The notes beneath the pieces are model-generated. The model did no database searches, was not told the origin of the DNA, and saw only the letters and a list, made by a program, of their open reading frames with translations. Source: a bacterium (lineage in GTDB: Bacteria; Patescibacteriota; Minisyncoccia; Moranbacterales; GWC2-37-73). From it: 64,000 nucleotides of DNA. Position numbers and translations under genes: made by a program. This document shows, one piece after another, positions 9,688 to 19,986 of the stretch (position 1 is the first letter of the stretch; every line of letters starts with the position of its first letter). The stretch is from NCBI GenBank assembly GCA_003251635.1, contig QKEW01000001.1, positions 15,588-79,587 on the forward strand. Reading direction: 5' to 3'.

Positions 9688-11928
9688 TTATTGTTGAAAG
9701 TCACATTCTTTATTTGAACAACGAACAGATCCTTTGGCTCCGAAAACTAAAAGACTGTCACACTTCGGACATTTTTCTCCGGTTGGTTTGCTCCAAAGAG
9801 AAAATTCACAATCCGGATAACGATTGCAGGCATAGAAAGTACGTCCCTTTTTGGATTTTTTTTCAACAACATCGCCCTTTTGACATTGTGGGCATTTGAC
9901 CCCAGTTTTCTTCTCGATGCTTTTAATGTTTTTGCATTCAGGATAACCTGAGCAAGCTAGAAATGGACCAAAGCGCCCACGTTTAACGATCATGGGCTTG
10001 CCACACTTTTCACAAGTTTCGCCGGAGAATTCGGCATCCATCTTCTTTTCGTCCTCGGTTTTTTCAGTGTGTTTGCATTCCGGATATCTTGAACAGGCGA
10101 TAAATTTTCCAAAGCGGCCAAATTTCACGATCAAATCACTCCCGCACTCCGGACATTTGCGCCCGACTTTTTCAACGAAATCCTCTTTTTTTACAACTTT
10201 ATTTTTCTTCTCTAAATTTTTATGAAAAGGTTGATAGAAATCTTCAATAATTGGAACCCAGGGTTTTTGACCTTGAGCGATCAAATCGAAATCTTCTTCC
10301 ATGTTGGCTGTAAAATCGACATCAACAATTTGCGGAAAATGTTCAACTAAAAGATCATTGACCACCTCTCCGATTTCCAAAGGAAACAGGCGACGATCTT
10401 CATTTTTATCGATATATTTTCTTTCAAAGATGGTAGCAATAGTTGGAGCGTAGGTTGAAGGTCGACCAATTCCATATTCCTCCATGGTCTTTACCAAGGA
10501 AGCTTCGTTGTAGCGAGGAGGCGGAGTAGTGGATTTTTCAGTTTCCAGAATTTTTTCCAATTCTAATTTTTGACCAATTTTCATTTCGGGTAAAAAAGTT
10601 TCTTTGCTGGCCGATTTTCCATAAATTTTCAAAAAGCCGTCAAAAACAATTTGTGAGCCATTGGCTCGCATCAAATATTCATTTTTTTTATTTTGAGCAA
10701 CGATGTCAATCTTGGTTTGATTAAGTCGCGCGCTTTGCATTTGGCAAGCCAACGTTCGGTTCCAAATCAAGCGATAGAGTCTTTTTTGGGAATCATCCAA
10801 ATCTTTTTCCAGATCACCTGGAAGATGTTCGGCGTGAGTTGGTCGGATGGCTTCGTGGGCTTCCTGGGCTGATTTGGATTTGGTTTTGTAGTAGCGGGGA
10901 CTTTCTAGGGCGTAATTTTTTCCGAACTCTTTTTGAATGGTTTTTTGGGCTTGCATTAAAAATTCCAAAGACAAATTGACACTATCGGTACGCATGTAGG
11001 TAATATGGCCCATTTCATAGAGTTTTTGAGCGACCATCATGGTTTGCTTGGCGCTCCAGCCTAAATTACTGATTGCAGCCTGTTGCAGTGTTGAAGTGGT
11101 GAAAGGAGGAAGAGGATTTCGGGAAATTTCTTTTTGGGAAAGATCTTTGATTTCGTAAGCAGCTTTTTCCAGGTCACTTTTAATGGCAGTAGCTTTGGCG
11201 GCGCTGTCGATGATGGTTTTTCGACTGGAATAATCCCCAGTGAAAAGTTTGATCTTTTCAACTTTCTCAATTTTTTCTCCATTTTTTTCAATCAAATCCG
11301 CTGGAAAAATCTGAGAAGATTTTTTGTCTGGCGCCAGTTCAGCCAAAATGGTCCAGAATTTTTGAGTCTTAAATTTTTGAATCTCCCGTTCTCTTTCCAC
11401 AATCAAACGAAGGGCTACTGACTGGACGCGACCAGCGCTGAGGCCACGGCGAATTTTTTTCCAAAGAAAAGGTGACAGTTCATAACCGACCAAGCGATCC
11501 AAGACTCGTCGGGCTTGTTGGGCATCAACCAAATTCAAGTCAATCTTGCGGGGACTTTCCAAGGCTTTTTGAATGGCGGATTTGGTAATTTCATGAAAAA
11601 CAATTCGACTGTGGGGTTTTTTGTTTTTCTTTTCCAAGCCCAAGGCTTCCAAAAGATGCCAGGCAATGGCTTCTCCTTCGCGGTCTTCGTCGGATGCCAG
11701 AATGACTTCATCAGCCTTTTGGGACAACTCTTGCAAAACGTTCAATTTATCTTGGGCCTTGGTTGGAATTATATAGTGAGGTTGAAAATTGTTTTCAATA
11801 TCGATGCCCATTTCATTTTTTGGCAGATCACGAATATGGCCAAAGGAAGATTTGACGGTAAATCCTTTGCCTAGAAATTTTTTGATAGTTTTGGCTTTGG
11901 TAGGTGACTCGACAATTACTAATTTCAT
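9688..11928 (-). CDS. topA: DNA topoisomerase I with C-terminal zinc ribbons
   Basis: LVIVESP.K, DEDREGE, SAGRVQS, ITYMRTDS, GIGRPSTYA and repeated C4 ribbons. Confidence 0.97.
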   Translation of the reverse strand: MKLVIVESPTKAKTIKKFLGKGFTVKSSFGHIRDLPKNEMGIDIENNFQPHYIIPTKAQDKLNVLQELSQKADEVILASDEDREGEAIAWHLLEALGLEKKNKKPHSRIVFHEITKSAIQKALESPRKIDLNLVDAQQARRVLDRLVGYELSPFLWKKIRRGLSAGRVQSVALRLIVEREREIQKFKTQKFWTILAELAPDKKSSQIFPADLIEKNGEKIEKVEKIKLFTGDYSSRKTIIDSAAKATAIKSDLEKAAYEIKDLSQKEISRNPLPPFTTSTLQQAAISNLGWSAKQTMMVAQKLYEMGHITYMRTDSVNLSLEFLMQAQKTIQKEFGKNYALESPRYYKTKSKSAQEAHEAIRPTHAEHLPGDLEKDLDDSQKRLYRLIWNRTLACQMQSARLNQTKIDIVAQNKKNEYLMRANGSQIVFDGFLKIYGKSASKETFLPEMKIGQKLELEKILETEKSTTPPPRYNEASLVKTMEEYGIGRPSTYAPTIATIFERKYIDKNEDRRLFPLEIGEVVNDLLVEHFPQIVDVDFTANMEEDFDLIAQGQKPWVPIIEDFYQPFHKNLEKKNKVVKKEDFVEKVGRKCPECGSDLIVKFGRFGKFIACSRYPECKHTEKTEDEKKMDAEFSGETCEKCGKPMIVKRGRFGPFLACSGYPECKNIKSIEKKTGVKCPQCQKGDVVEKKSKKGRTFYACNRYPDCEFSLWSKPTGEKCPKCDSLLVFGAKGSVRCSNKECDFQQ

Positions 11929-11962
11929 GGAAATGTTTTTTAGGTGGATTATTTTGTTTTTT

Positions 11963-13042
11963 TTATTGACGAACGTAATTTTGTCCGCCGATATTTTTGA
12001 TAGCGCCCTTTATTTCCAAAATCGATAGAGTGGAAAGGGCGGTTTCTGTTTTTAGTTTAGAGAGTTTCACGATTGTGTCAACGTGAAGCGGCTCCAACGA
12101 GAGAATTTGGAAAATTTTTTCTTCTTCAGGCGAATCTGGGCTAAAGTCTTGAATAGTTTTGTTTTGGACGGAATTTTGGAAGTCAAATTCTTCCAAGATA
12201 TCATTGATTGAAGCGACCAATTTGGCGCCGTTTTTGATCAACTGGTGGCAACCCTGGCTTTGAGAATTGAAAATTGCTCCCGGCACGGCAAAGACTTCTC
12301 GATTAAATTCCAAAGCTAGGCCGGCAGTGATCAAGCTGCCGCTATCCGGTGCAGCTTCCACTACCACGGTTCCCAAGGAAAGTCCGGCGATGATGCGATT
12401 GCGGGAAGGAAAATTGCCAGGAGCTGGAGAGGTTTCGGGGGTAAATTCACTTACAAGCAAGCCGCCTGAGCGTAAAATTTCTCGGGAAAGTTGAAAATTG
12501 GCTCGAGGGTGAATGTTTTGAGGCAACAGACCATTGCCCAAAACTGCTAAGGTTTTTCCTTGTCCCTCAAGGGCTCCTTGATGCGACAGGGCGTCGATTC
12601 CAATAGCCAGGCCACTGACCACCACCAAACCGGCCTGGGCCAAATCCCGGCCAAAATTTTGAGCCACTCGTCGGCCATAGTCAGTGAATTTGCGTGAACC
12701 TACTAAAGAAACCATGGGCATTTGCAAAAGATCCAAATTTCCCTGGGCATAAAAAAGAAATGGTGCAGAGGGAATTTCTCGCAGCAGGGGAGGATAATTT
12801 TCATCCAAAAGAGAAACGACTGAAATTTTTTCTGTTTGCAGTTTTGCCCATTCTTGATCGGGATTGATTTTGGCGCGCTCGGCGATAATTTTGTTAGCTA
12901 AATTTTCACTCAAGCCAGCGGCGGTCAATTTTTTAAAATCGGCCTGCCAAGTTTGTTGACCGTTTTCGAAATGACCTGCCAAAATTTTCAGCTTTTGCTG
13001 TCCAATTCCGTCAATCAAATTGAGTGCGTGCCAATATTTCAT
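11963..13042 (-). CDS. dprA: DNA-processing protein DprA
   Basis: VGSRK, VVSGLAIGID, FPSRNRIIAGLS and SGSLITA; canonical dprA-topA order. Confidence 0.95.
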   Translation of the reverse strand: MKYWHALNLIDGIGQQKLKILAGHFENGQQTWQADFKKLTAAGLSENLANKIIAERAKINPDQEWAKLQTEKISVVSLLDENYPPLLREIPSAPFLFYAQGNLDLLQMPMVSLVGSRKFTDYGRRVAQNFGRDLAQAGLVVVSGLAIGIDALSHQGALEGQGKTLAVLGNGLLPQNIHPRANFQLSREILRSGGLLVSEFTPETSPAPGNFPSRNRIIAGLSLGTVVVEAAPDSGSLITAGLALEFNREVFAVPGAIFNSQSQGCHQLIKNGAKLVASINDILEEFDFQNSVQNKTIQDFSPDSPEEEKIFQILSLEPLHVDTIVKLSKLKTETALSTLSILEIKGAIKNIGGQNYVRQ

Positions 13043-13099
13043 GAAAGAATCTTAAAATTAACTTCCTTTATTGTTCAACTATATCAAACAAGGCTTCGC

Positions 13100-13128
13100 T
13101 TGACAAAACTGTTATTTTATGATAATAT
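13100..13128 (+). promoter_or_regulatory. Sigma70-type promoter
   Basis: TTGACA (13100), 17 bp spacer, TG-n-TAATAT. Confidence 0.6.
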
Positions 13129-13272
13129 TAAAAATCAAAGAGGAGTAATTTGAAAAACATCAAAAAAGGAGTCTTTTGGGGCTAAAATGAGAGAAAAACT
13201 GGTTTTAGCGGCAAAAGATTCCCGAATGGTTCGGGAAAAATATTCCAAGAAAATTGAGAAAGGGAGGGAAAT

Positions 13273-13425
13273 ATGAAAGGCTTCTTGGCTTTATCAATAG
13301 TTGTTGTGGGATTTATGGTCGCTCTCTATGCAAGCGGAGAGCTGGACGAATTAATTCACGACTGTGAGAGAATCTCGTGCGCTTGCAGCACCCTGATCGC
13401 TGTCTTTGACGGGATCAGGGGCTAA
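13273..13425 (+). CDS. Small hydrophobic 50-aa peptide (not in ORF track)
   Basis: GGGAGGG Shine-Dalgarno precedes MKGFLALSIVVVGFMVALYASGELDELIHDCERISCACSTLIAVFDGIRG; a terminator follows. Confidence 0.5.
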   Translation: MKGFLALSIVVVGFMVALYASGELDELIHDCERISCACSTLIAVFDGIRG

Positions 13426-13429
13426 AAAG

Positions 13430-13462
13430 AAAGGTGGTTGCCAAACTCGGCGCCACCTTTTC
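13430..13462. terminator. Bidirectional terminator-like hairpin
   Basis: AAAGGTGG..GCC....GGCGCCACCTTTT between the peptide gene and convergent pth. Confidence 0.6.
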
Positions 13463-13467
13463 TGATT

Positions 13468-14046
13468 TTAGAAGGAGATTTTTTCAAATACATCCTCTAT
13501 TTGCGATAATTCATCTTTTTCAAAATCCTTCAAGACAAAATCCCGACCGGATTCAAGGCGCTCGGATCGGCCGCCTTTTTTTTCCACCCCGATTCGGATT
13601 CGAGTGAATTTTTGGCTGCCGACGCGGTCGATGATTGACTGGATGCCGTTGTGACCGGCTGCGCGCGAATCGGTTGAAATTTTGAAATTGCCAATTTCCA
13701 AATCCAGATCGTCATGGATGACGGTCAAATTTTCTAATGGAATTTTATAGAAATCCAAAATCTTGCGCACGCTTTGACCGGAGTTGTTCATAAACGTTTG
13801 GGGTTTGGCCAGAATGATCTTTTGGCTATTTTCCATTTTTTCACAAATTTCAGCTTGAAATTTTTCTTTCATTTCAAATTCGCCAAAATCTTTTTCTTGG
13901 CGCAGTTTTTCCAGCAAGATGAAACCGACATTGTGGCGGTTTTTTTCGTATTTGGTTCCGGGATTACCCAAGCCGACGATCAATTTGATCTTGTCGTTTT
14001 TGGGTTGGGCGGATTTATTTTTCAGGAGTTTGAAAAAATTTTTCAT
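13468..14046 (-). CDS. pth: Peptidyl-tRNA hydrolase
   Basis: IVGLGNPG..Y..NRHNVGF, KPQTFMNNSG, HDDLDL and GHNG. Confidence 0.96.
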   Translation of the reverse strand: MKNFFKLLKNKSAQPKNDKIKLIVGLGNPGTKYEKNRHNVGFILLEKLRQEKDFGEFEMKEKFQAEICEKMENSQKIILAKPQTFMNNSGQSVRKILDFYKIPLENLTVIHDDLDLEIGNFKISTDSRAAGHNGIQSIIDRVGSQKFTRIRIGVEKKGGRSERLESGRDFVLKDFEKDELSQIEDVFEKISF

Positions 14047-14054
14047 GAAATTTT

Positions 14055-15692
14055 TTAGGGTAATAAATTGGATGGGTACTGGAAATCGAGAATTTCATCT
14101 TTTTCTTTTTCCAGTTGATCGAGATCAACTTCTTCATAATCATAGATTTCAACCAAATCCCGACCTAAATATAGCGTAAAATCAGTTTGTTTTGAAGAGG
14201 TGGTTTTGTTCGCTAAGGATTTGGCGGAATAATTTTCGATTGAGCTTGGGTCTATTTCTTCTTCAATCAAAGAGGCGGGAATTATTTTGATGATTTCATC
14301 CAGGGAAAAAATCTTTTGACCTTGGGTGTGATCGACAACCTCACTGCGTGAGCTCAGCTTGGAACTGCTTTTGGTTTGAATTTGTGAGGATTTGATCCCC
14401 AGGGATTCTTGCAAGACGGAGCGGATTTTTTCGGTCATTTTGGAATCCCCGCTTTCGTTGACCAAGACAATGGTTGGATTTTCTTCACTAAACTCGATTT
14501 TTCTTTTTTGCCAGATTTCCTGGTTGAAAATATTTTCAGACAGATCCTGGATCTGACTGTAAGATCCGACTTTTGGAACCAAAACAAAGGCCCGGGTTGA
14601 ATCGAAATAAACATGGGCTACTTTCAGTAGGCTATCCGGTTTCCAGGCATCTACCACTTGAGTGGAAATATTTTGGGTGTCCAATTCTTGGGAGAGGGCC
14701 AAAAAATTTTCAATTTCTCCCAAAGTCAGATTGGTGCGTAAATTTTCTTCCAAAGTATTCAGGATCTCGTTGATTTTTAGCGGATTAAGAAATGTCTTTA
14801 CGGAGAAGGCTTTATTTTTCACGGCTTGCAGGATTTGCTGTTGTCTTTTGGCTCGACCAAAATCGCCTTCCGGATCGGCGTGTCTTTCGCGGGCGTATTT
14901 TAAGGCGGTGGCTCCGTTCAAATCTTGCCAGCCTTTTTTTATTTCAAATGTTTCGTAGCTGTAGTTGGGTCCAGGATAGCGCGGATCAAAAATATCACGT
15001 TCGACTTCCACCCTGACTCCGTCCAAGGTGTCAATGAATTTAGTAAATCCATCAAAATCAACAATCAAATAATAGCCAATTTTTTGATTGGTTATTTGCT
15101 CAACTGATTTTTTAATCAGTTCGGCGCCTTGATTATTTTTCAGGCCAATTTGGTAAAGACTGTTTATTTTGGCAAATGATTGAGAATCTGGGACTTCGAC
15201 GTAAAGATCGCGGGGAAGTGAAAGGAGAGCCACTTTTTTATTTTTAGTGTCGATACTGGCCAGCATAATCGTGTCAGTCAAATTGTTGCCCGGTTTTTCT
15301 TCGCCGGCAATTCCCAATAATAAAATGTTGATGCGACCAGATTCTTGGCCGACTAAGGAAGTTTTTTCCTTGGAAAAAAGTGAATTGGAAGTAGCCTTAA
15401 TTTCTTCGATCAGGGAAGGTTTTTCGTTTTTTAGGGAAATTTTCTGACTGGTGGTATAAATTCTAAACAAAAATAGACTGGAAAAAAGTAGAAATATTAG
15501 AAAGATGGAACCTAAAAATATTCCCAAAATTTTTTTCCAGCAAAAGACTGGTTTTCTGTGGCATTGATCTTTCAGTAAGGGCTTGGAAAAGGTTAAATCG
15601 GGGATTTGGTCATTTTTTTGATCGGGGAAATTTTTAGGTAAATACCCATCCGAAAAGTTTCTTTTCTTTTGATTTTTTTTGAGGCTGTCCAT
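14055..15692 (-). CDS. LCP (LytR-CpsA-Psr) family glycopolymer transferase
   Basis: One TM helix, then INILLLG, TDTIML, LSLPRDLYV, KINS and DFGRAKRQQ. Confidence 0.9.
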   Translation of the reverse strand: MDSLKKNQKKRNFSDGYLPKNFPDQKNDQIPDLTFSKPLLKDQCHRKPVFCWKKILGIFLGSIFLIFLLFSSLFLFRIYTTSQKISLKNEKPSLIEEIKATSNSLFSKEKTSLVGQESGRINILLLGIAGEEKPGNNLTDTIMLASIDTKNKKVALLSLPRDLYVEVPDSQSFAKINSLYQIGLKNNQGAELIKKSVEQITNQKIGYYLIVDFDGFTKFIDTLDGVRVEVERDIFDPRYPGPNYSYETFEIKKGWQDLNGATALKYARERHADPEGDFGRAKRQQQILQAVKNKAFSVKTFLNPLKINEILNTLEENLRTNLTLGEIENFLALSQELDTQNISTQVVDAWKPDSLLKVAHVYFDSTRAFVLVPKVGSYSQIQDLSENIFNQEIWQKRKIEFSEENPTIVLVNESGDSKMTEKIRSVLQESLGIKSSQIQTKSSSKLSSRSEVVDHTQGQKIFSLDEIIKIIPASLIEEEIDPSSIENYSAKSLANKTTSSKQTDFTLYLGRDLVEIYDYEEVDLDQLEKEKDEILDFQYPSNLLP

Positions 15693-15842
15693 GGGTTTAG
15701 TTTAACTTGTTTGGGACTTTCGTGTCAAAATAATTTTTCCAAAAATCGCTTATTTAAAGCCATTGTTACCCTTGCAAAAAGGGCAAAAATGTGCTATCAT
15801 TGGTTTGCTTTAGAGTTGATAATAATTCTAATTTCATTGTAA

Positions 15843-16535
15843 ATGTTTTGGAAAAAAAATAAAAATAAACAAGCACCCTTTGAGACCAAGTCTGATTCCG
15901 AGAGCTTCAATGATTATGCCAATGAAGTGATCAACAATCAGGAGGTTGAATATTATGGAGTTGGTACCTTCATTTGGGAGGTGGCTAAAGTCTTTTTTTG
16001 GGCTTTGGTTATCATCATACCCATTCGGGTTTTTCTCTTGCAGCCTTTCTATGTGCAGGGCGCTAGCATGGAACCGAACTTTACAGATGGCGACTATCTC
16101 ATAATTAACGAATTTGGTTTAAAAAAGACTGAAGTTGGAGTGAAAGATCACGTTTTTTTCAAAGTCGAACCATTTTTTGATTTAAAAAGAGGGGAAATTG
16201 TAGTTTTTCATTACCCAAGAAATCCCTCGCAGATTTTTATCAAAAGAGTGATTGCCTTGGGCGGAGAAAAAATCAAACTGGAAAATGGTCAGATTTGGAT
16301 ATTTAACGATGAATATCCGGGTGGTGTTCTTTTGGATGAGAGTGTATATCTCGACCCGGATGTTTTTACGAAAGGGTCGGTAGAGATAAAATTGGCTGAG
16401 GATGAATATTTTGTCATGGGTGATAATCGGGAGTTCAGTCATGATTCACGGGCCTGGGGTCCGGTTAACAAAAGTGAAGTAATTGGCAAAGTCCTTTTGC
16501 GAGCTTGGCCATTTGATAATGTTAGTGTTTTTTAA
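15843..16535 (+). CDS. lepB: Signal peptidase I
   Basis: GASMEPN, FIKRVIAL.G and YFVMGDNR..S.DSR.WG. Confidence 0.95.
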   Translation: MFWKKNKNKQAPFETKSDSESFNDYANEVINNQEVEYYGVGTFIWEVAKVFFWALVIIIPIRVFLLQPFYVQGASMEPNFTDGDYLIINEFGLKKTEVGVKDHVFFKVEPFFDLKRGEIVVFHYPRNPSQIFIKRVIALGGEKIKLENGQIWIFNDEYPGGVLLDESVYLDPDVFTKGSVEIKLAEDEYFVMGDNREFSHDSRAWGPVNKSEVIGKVLLRAWPFDNVSVF

Positions 16536-16613
16536 TTTATTTTATTTTTTATTATTGGTCTAATTTGATTATTTTTGGTTTATTAATTAATCAAGTTTCG
16601 ACTTTTGTGGTTT

Positions 16614-18113
16614 ATGGTTAGTAAATCAAACAAGGGGCAGATCAAAACAAAATTGGCAAAATCTAAATCTAAAATAAAAAGCTCTAAAAGGGTTTTAAAT
16701 TCAGTTAAAAAAAATCCTTCAGCCAAAAAGAAAGTTGCTGCCAAGAAAGCTACTATTGCTGCTATGAAAAATTCGGCCAAAAAAGCTAAAAAGATAACTA
16801 AGGTTGAAGAAGAAATTATGCTGCAGCCGCCGCGAGGCATGCGGGATTTGTTGCCAGGTGATCAACCTTATTGGGCTCAATTAAGAAAAGTTGTGGCCAA
16901 GTTGGGGCATGAATATGGTTTTCAACGAATTGATCCGCCGGCAGTTGAATATTCCAATTTGTACACTCGTTCAATTGGAGAAGGTACGGATATCATTGAT
17001 AAGGAAATGTATACCTTTACCACTAAAGGAGGAGACAAGGTGGCGCTCAGACCGGAATTTACAGCTGGGATTTGCCGAGCCTATATTCAACATGGCATGA
17101 ATGTTATGCCTAAGCCGATCAAGCTTTTCTCTATTGGACCGGTTTATCGCTATGATCGTCCGCAACAGGGTCGCTATCGCGAACATTGGCAGGCTAATTT
17201 TGATATTTTTGGAGAGCAGGATGCGGTTTTAGATGCTCAGATGATTCAATTGGCTCATCGGTTGGTGACCGGAATTGGAATTAAAAGCTTGCAATTTCAG
17301 ATCAACAGTATCGGCTGTCCGAAGTGTCGTCAGGATTACCAAAATTTGTTGGTTGCTTACTTGGAATCAAAAAAACAAAAGCTTTGCTTGGTTTGTAAAA
17401 AGCGTTTGGAGACTAATCCTCTCAGAATTTTGGATTGTAAGGAAGAAAAATGTTCTCAGGTAGCTGCCAACGCTCCGCAATCCATTGATCACCTTTGTGA
17501 TGAATGTCATGTACATTTCAAGCATTTGCTTGAATATTTGGATGAATTGGATTTGCCCTACGTTATCAATCCGCGCTTGGTGCGAGGTTTGAGTTATTAT
17601 TCCAAAACGGTTTTTGAAATTTGGACCGGTGATAATGAAGAAAAGAAACACTCTTTGGGTGGCGGCGGACGCTATGATTATTTGGTGGAAAGTTTAGGTG
17701 GCGAACACACTCCAGCCATCGGATTTGGTTTGGGCTTGGATCGTTTGGTGATGGAAATGAAAAGAGTTAAGGCTAAAACCTACATTGAGCCTAAACCGAA
17801 AGTCTTTCTGGCTCAGCTTGGAGAATTGGCTAAGAAAAAAAGTCTAAGATTGTTTGCTGAGTTGCAAAAAAATGGAATTTTGGTGGCTGAAAGTTTTGGT
17901 CGCGGCAGTTTGAAATCTCAATTAAGAGTAGCTGATCGATTGGGAGCCGAGATCACTTTGATTGTTGGCCAAAAGGAAGCTCTGGACGAGACAGTTATCA
18001 TAAAAGATATGGTTAGCGGTACCCAAGAAAATGTTTCCAATGCTAAGATGATTGCAGCGGTAAAAAAGATTCTCAAAGGAAATATTTTGGTTTTGAATAA
18101 TAATATACTGTAA
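16614..18113 (+). CDS. hisS: Histidine--tRNA ligase with Lys/Ala-rich N-terminal extension
   Basis: PRGMRD, KEMYTF, LRPEFTA, YRYDRPQQGRYRE, LVRGLSYY and GGGRYD. Confidence 0.96.
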   Translation: MVSKSNKGQIKTKLAKSKSKIKSSKRVLNSVKKNPSAKKKVAAKKATIAAMKNSAKKAKKITKVEEEIMLQPPRGMRDLLPGDQPYWAQLRKVVAKLGHEYGFQRIDPPAVEYSNLYTRSIGEGTDIIDKEMYTFTTKGGDKVALRPEFTAGICRAYIQHGMNVMPKPIKLFSIGPVYRYDRPQQGRYREHWQANFDIFGEQDAVLDAQMIQLAHRLVTGIGIKSLQFQINSIGCPKCRQDYQNLLVAYLESKKQKLCLVCKKRLETNPLRILDCKEEKCSQVAANAPQSIDHLCDECHVHFKHLLEYLDELDLPYVINPRLVRGLSYYSKTVFEIWTGDNEEKKHSLGGGGRYDYLVESLGGEHTPAIGFGLGLDRLVMEMKRVKAKTYIEPKPKVFLAQLGELAKKKSLRLFAELQKNGILVAESFGRGSLKSQLRVADRLGAEITLIVGQKEALDETVIIKDMVSGTQENVSNAKMIAAVKKILKGNILVLNNNIL

Positions 18114-18125
18114 TTTTTTGAGAAA

Positions 18126-18485
18126 ATGGTCGATTGTATTTTTTGCAAAATCATCAAGAAAGAAATTCCGGCTCAAATTGTTTTTGAAAACGATCAAATT
18201 TTGGCTTTTCGTGATATTAAGCCTTTGGCCCCGGTTCACATTTTGTTGATTCCAAAAAAACATTTTGCCTCGCTCAATGAAATTAAACAGGAAGATGCTC
18301 TTTTGATGGGAGAATTGATTTTTCAGGCCAAGCAATTGGCTGAGGAAAATGGCATAAGCCGGGATGGTTACAAGCTGCTTTTTCGAACCGGAGAACATGG
18401 CGGACAGGAAGTTGGACATATTCACTTGCATTTGATCGGAGGGGCTAAATTATATGAGGAGATTCGTCCACTGAAAGCGGATTAG
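18126..18485 (+). CDS. HIT family nucleotide-binding protein (HinT-like)
   Basis: DCIFCKI and HIHLHLIGG. Confidence 0.93.
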   Translation: MVDCIFCKIIKKEIPAQIVFENDQILAFRDIKPLAPVHILLIPKKHFASLNEIKQEDALLMGELIFQAKQLAEENGISRDGYKLLFRTGEHGGQEVGHIHLHLIGGAKLYEEIRPLKAD

Positions 18486-18618
18486 GAAAAATAAGCTCAG
18501 ACTTTCGGGGGACTTGATAATAATTGATAATGTGTTAAATTAGACAAACCCTTGTTTAGTAGGGGATTTACACTTTCTTAATATATTCGGAAGTGTTTTT
18601 AGAGAAAGGAGGTTTAAT

Positions 18619-18873
18619 ATGATCGAAGTAAAAAAGAAGAACAAAGAAACAGCTGAAAGCTTGATTCGCAGGTTTTCCCGACGCATTCAACAAAGTGCGG
18701 TTTTGGTGCAGGCTCGTAAAAATCGTTTTCGCCGTGATGAAAAAACCAAGAACGAGAAACGACAAGAAGCTTTGTATAAGGTTAAAATTCGCAAGGAAAT
18801 TGACCGGATGAAAAAATTCGGTAAATTCGACGATGAAGCTTTGCGCAATATTAAACGCAAGTTGAATTCTTGA
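18619..18873 (+). CDS. rpsU: 30S ribosomal protein bS21
   Basis: E..ESLIRRF, very basic, strong AGGAGG Shine-Dalgarno, and HIT-rpsU-yqeY synteny. Confidence 0.8.
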   Translation: MIEVKKKNKETAESLIRRFSRRIQQSAVLVQARKNRFRRDEKTKNEKRQEALYKVKIRKEIDRMKKFGKFDDEALRNIKRKLNS

Positions 18874-19027
18874 TTTGGGTAGTTGTGATGCTGGTCATTT
18901 TTTTGGCTGGCATTCATCTGTTTTAATCTAGTTTGATTTTTTCGGGACGATGCTTGCTTTGGTTGATTCAATGTTTGGCGATTTCTTTTTTGGGGTCTGT
19001 TAATTTAATTTTAAATAAATATAAACT

Positions 19028-19489
19028 ATGTCTTTGAATGAAAAAATCACAGCGGATTTGAGGGAAGCTTTAAAATCCGGGGATACTTTAAAGAGAGACA
19101 CTTTGCGTCTTTTGGATAGTGCCATCAAAAATGTTCAAATCGAAAAGAAAAAGCGTGAGACCGGCCTAAGTGATGAAGAGATATTGGAAGTTGTGGGTCG
19201 GGCGGTTAAGCAGCATCAGGACAGTATTGATCAATTTGAAAAAGCTGGCCGCCAAGAATTAGCCCAAAAAGAAAAAGCTGAATTGGAAATTTTGCAGCAA
19301 TATTTGCCGGAACAATTGAAGGAAGATGAGATTGCTGAAATTGTCAGGGGCGTTATTGGCAAAATGGAGAAATTGCAACCGAATGACTTTGGTTTGGTGA
19401 TGGGTCAGTCTATGGCTCAGATGAAAGGTCGGGCGGACGGAAAATTGGTTGGGGAAATTGTTCGCCAGGAGCTTAAGAAAAGTCTTTAA
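19028..19489 (+). CDS. GatB/YqeY domain protein
   Basis: LR EALKSGD, DSI.QF..AGR.ELA.KE, YLPEQL and GRADG. Confidence 0.92.
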   Translation: MSLNEKITADLREALKSGDTLKRDTLRLLDSAIKNVQIEKKKRETGLSDEEILEVVGRAVKQHQDSIDQFEKAGRQELAQKEKAELEILQQYLPEQLKEDEIAEIVRGVIGKMEKLQPNDFGLVMGQSMAQMKGRADGKLVGEIVRQELKKSL

Positions 19490-19500
19490 TTTTTCCAATA

Positions 19501-19986
19501 ATGAAATATTCTTCAGTGGATTTGGAAATTAATAATCAAACGGATTTTGAAATTGAGCCTGATTTCTTTAGGCATATTTTTCAAGAAGTTATCGCTTTGG
19601 TTTCAATGGAATGCTTGGAAGGCAAAAAAGCTTCAATTAGCGTGGCTTTCATTGATCAAGAAGAAATTGCTCGAATAAACGAACAATATCGTCAGCGAAA
19701 AGAGCCAACAGATGTGCTTTCTTTTTGCGAACATGAAAAAATTTCCGATTTGTGTCATAATAAAGATAAAGAAGTTTTTTTGGGGGAAATTTTGATTTGT
19801 CCGGAATATATCTTGAAATCAGCCCCAAATTTTGGCGTTTCTTTTGAATACGAATTGGCCTATATTTTTTCTCACGGAATTTTGCACCTACTGGGTTTTG
19901 AACACGGAGAAAAAATGTTTGGTTTGCAAGAAAAAATTGCTCAAAAGTTCGCCGGTGACTCTAAATTCGATAAAATAAAACAATGA
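19501..19986 (+). CDS. ybeY: rRNA maturation endoribonuclease YbeY
   Basis: PTDVLSF, LGEI.IC and HGILHLLGFEH. Confidence 0.93.
   Translation: MKYSSVDLEINNQTDFEIEPDFFRHIFQEVIALVSMECLEGKKASISVAFIDQEEIARINEQYRQRKEPTDVLSFCEHEKISDLCHNKDKEVFLGEILICPEYILKSAPNFGVSFEYELAYIFSHGILHLLGFEHGEKMFGLQEKIAQKFAGDSKFDKIKQ

Noticed and set aside
12064-12090. parS-like sequence (GTTTCACG...ACGTGAAG) in dprA; also TTACACGTGTTA near 26264
   Set aside because: Neither matches the 16-bp TGTTNCACGTGAAACA palindrome.
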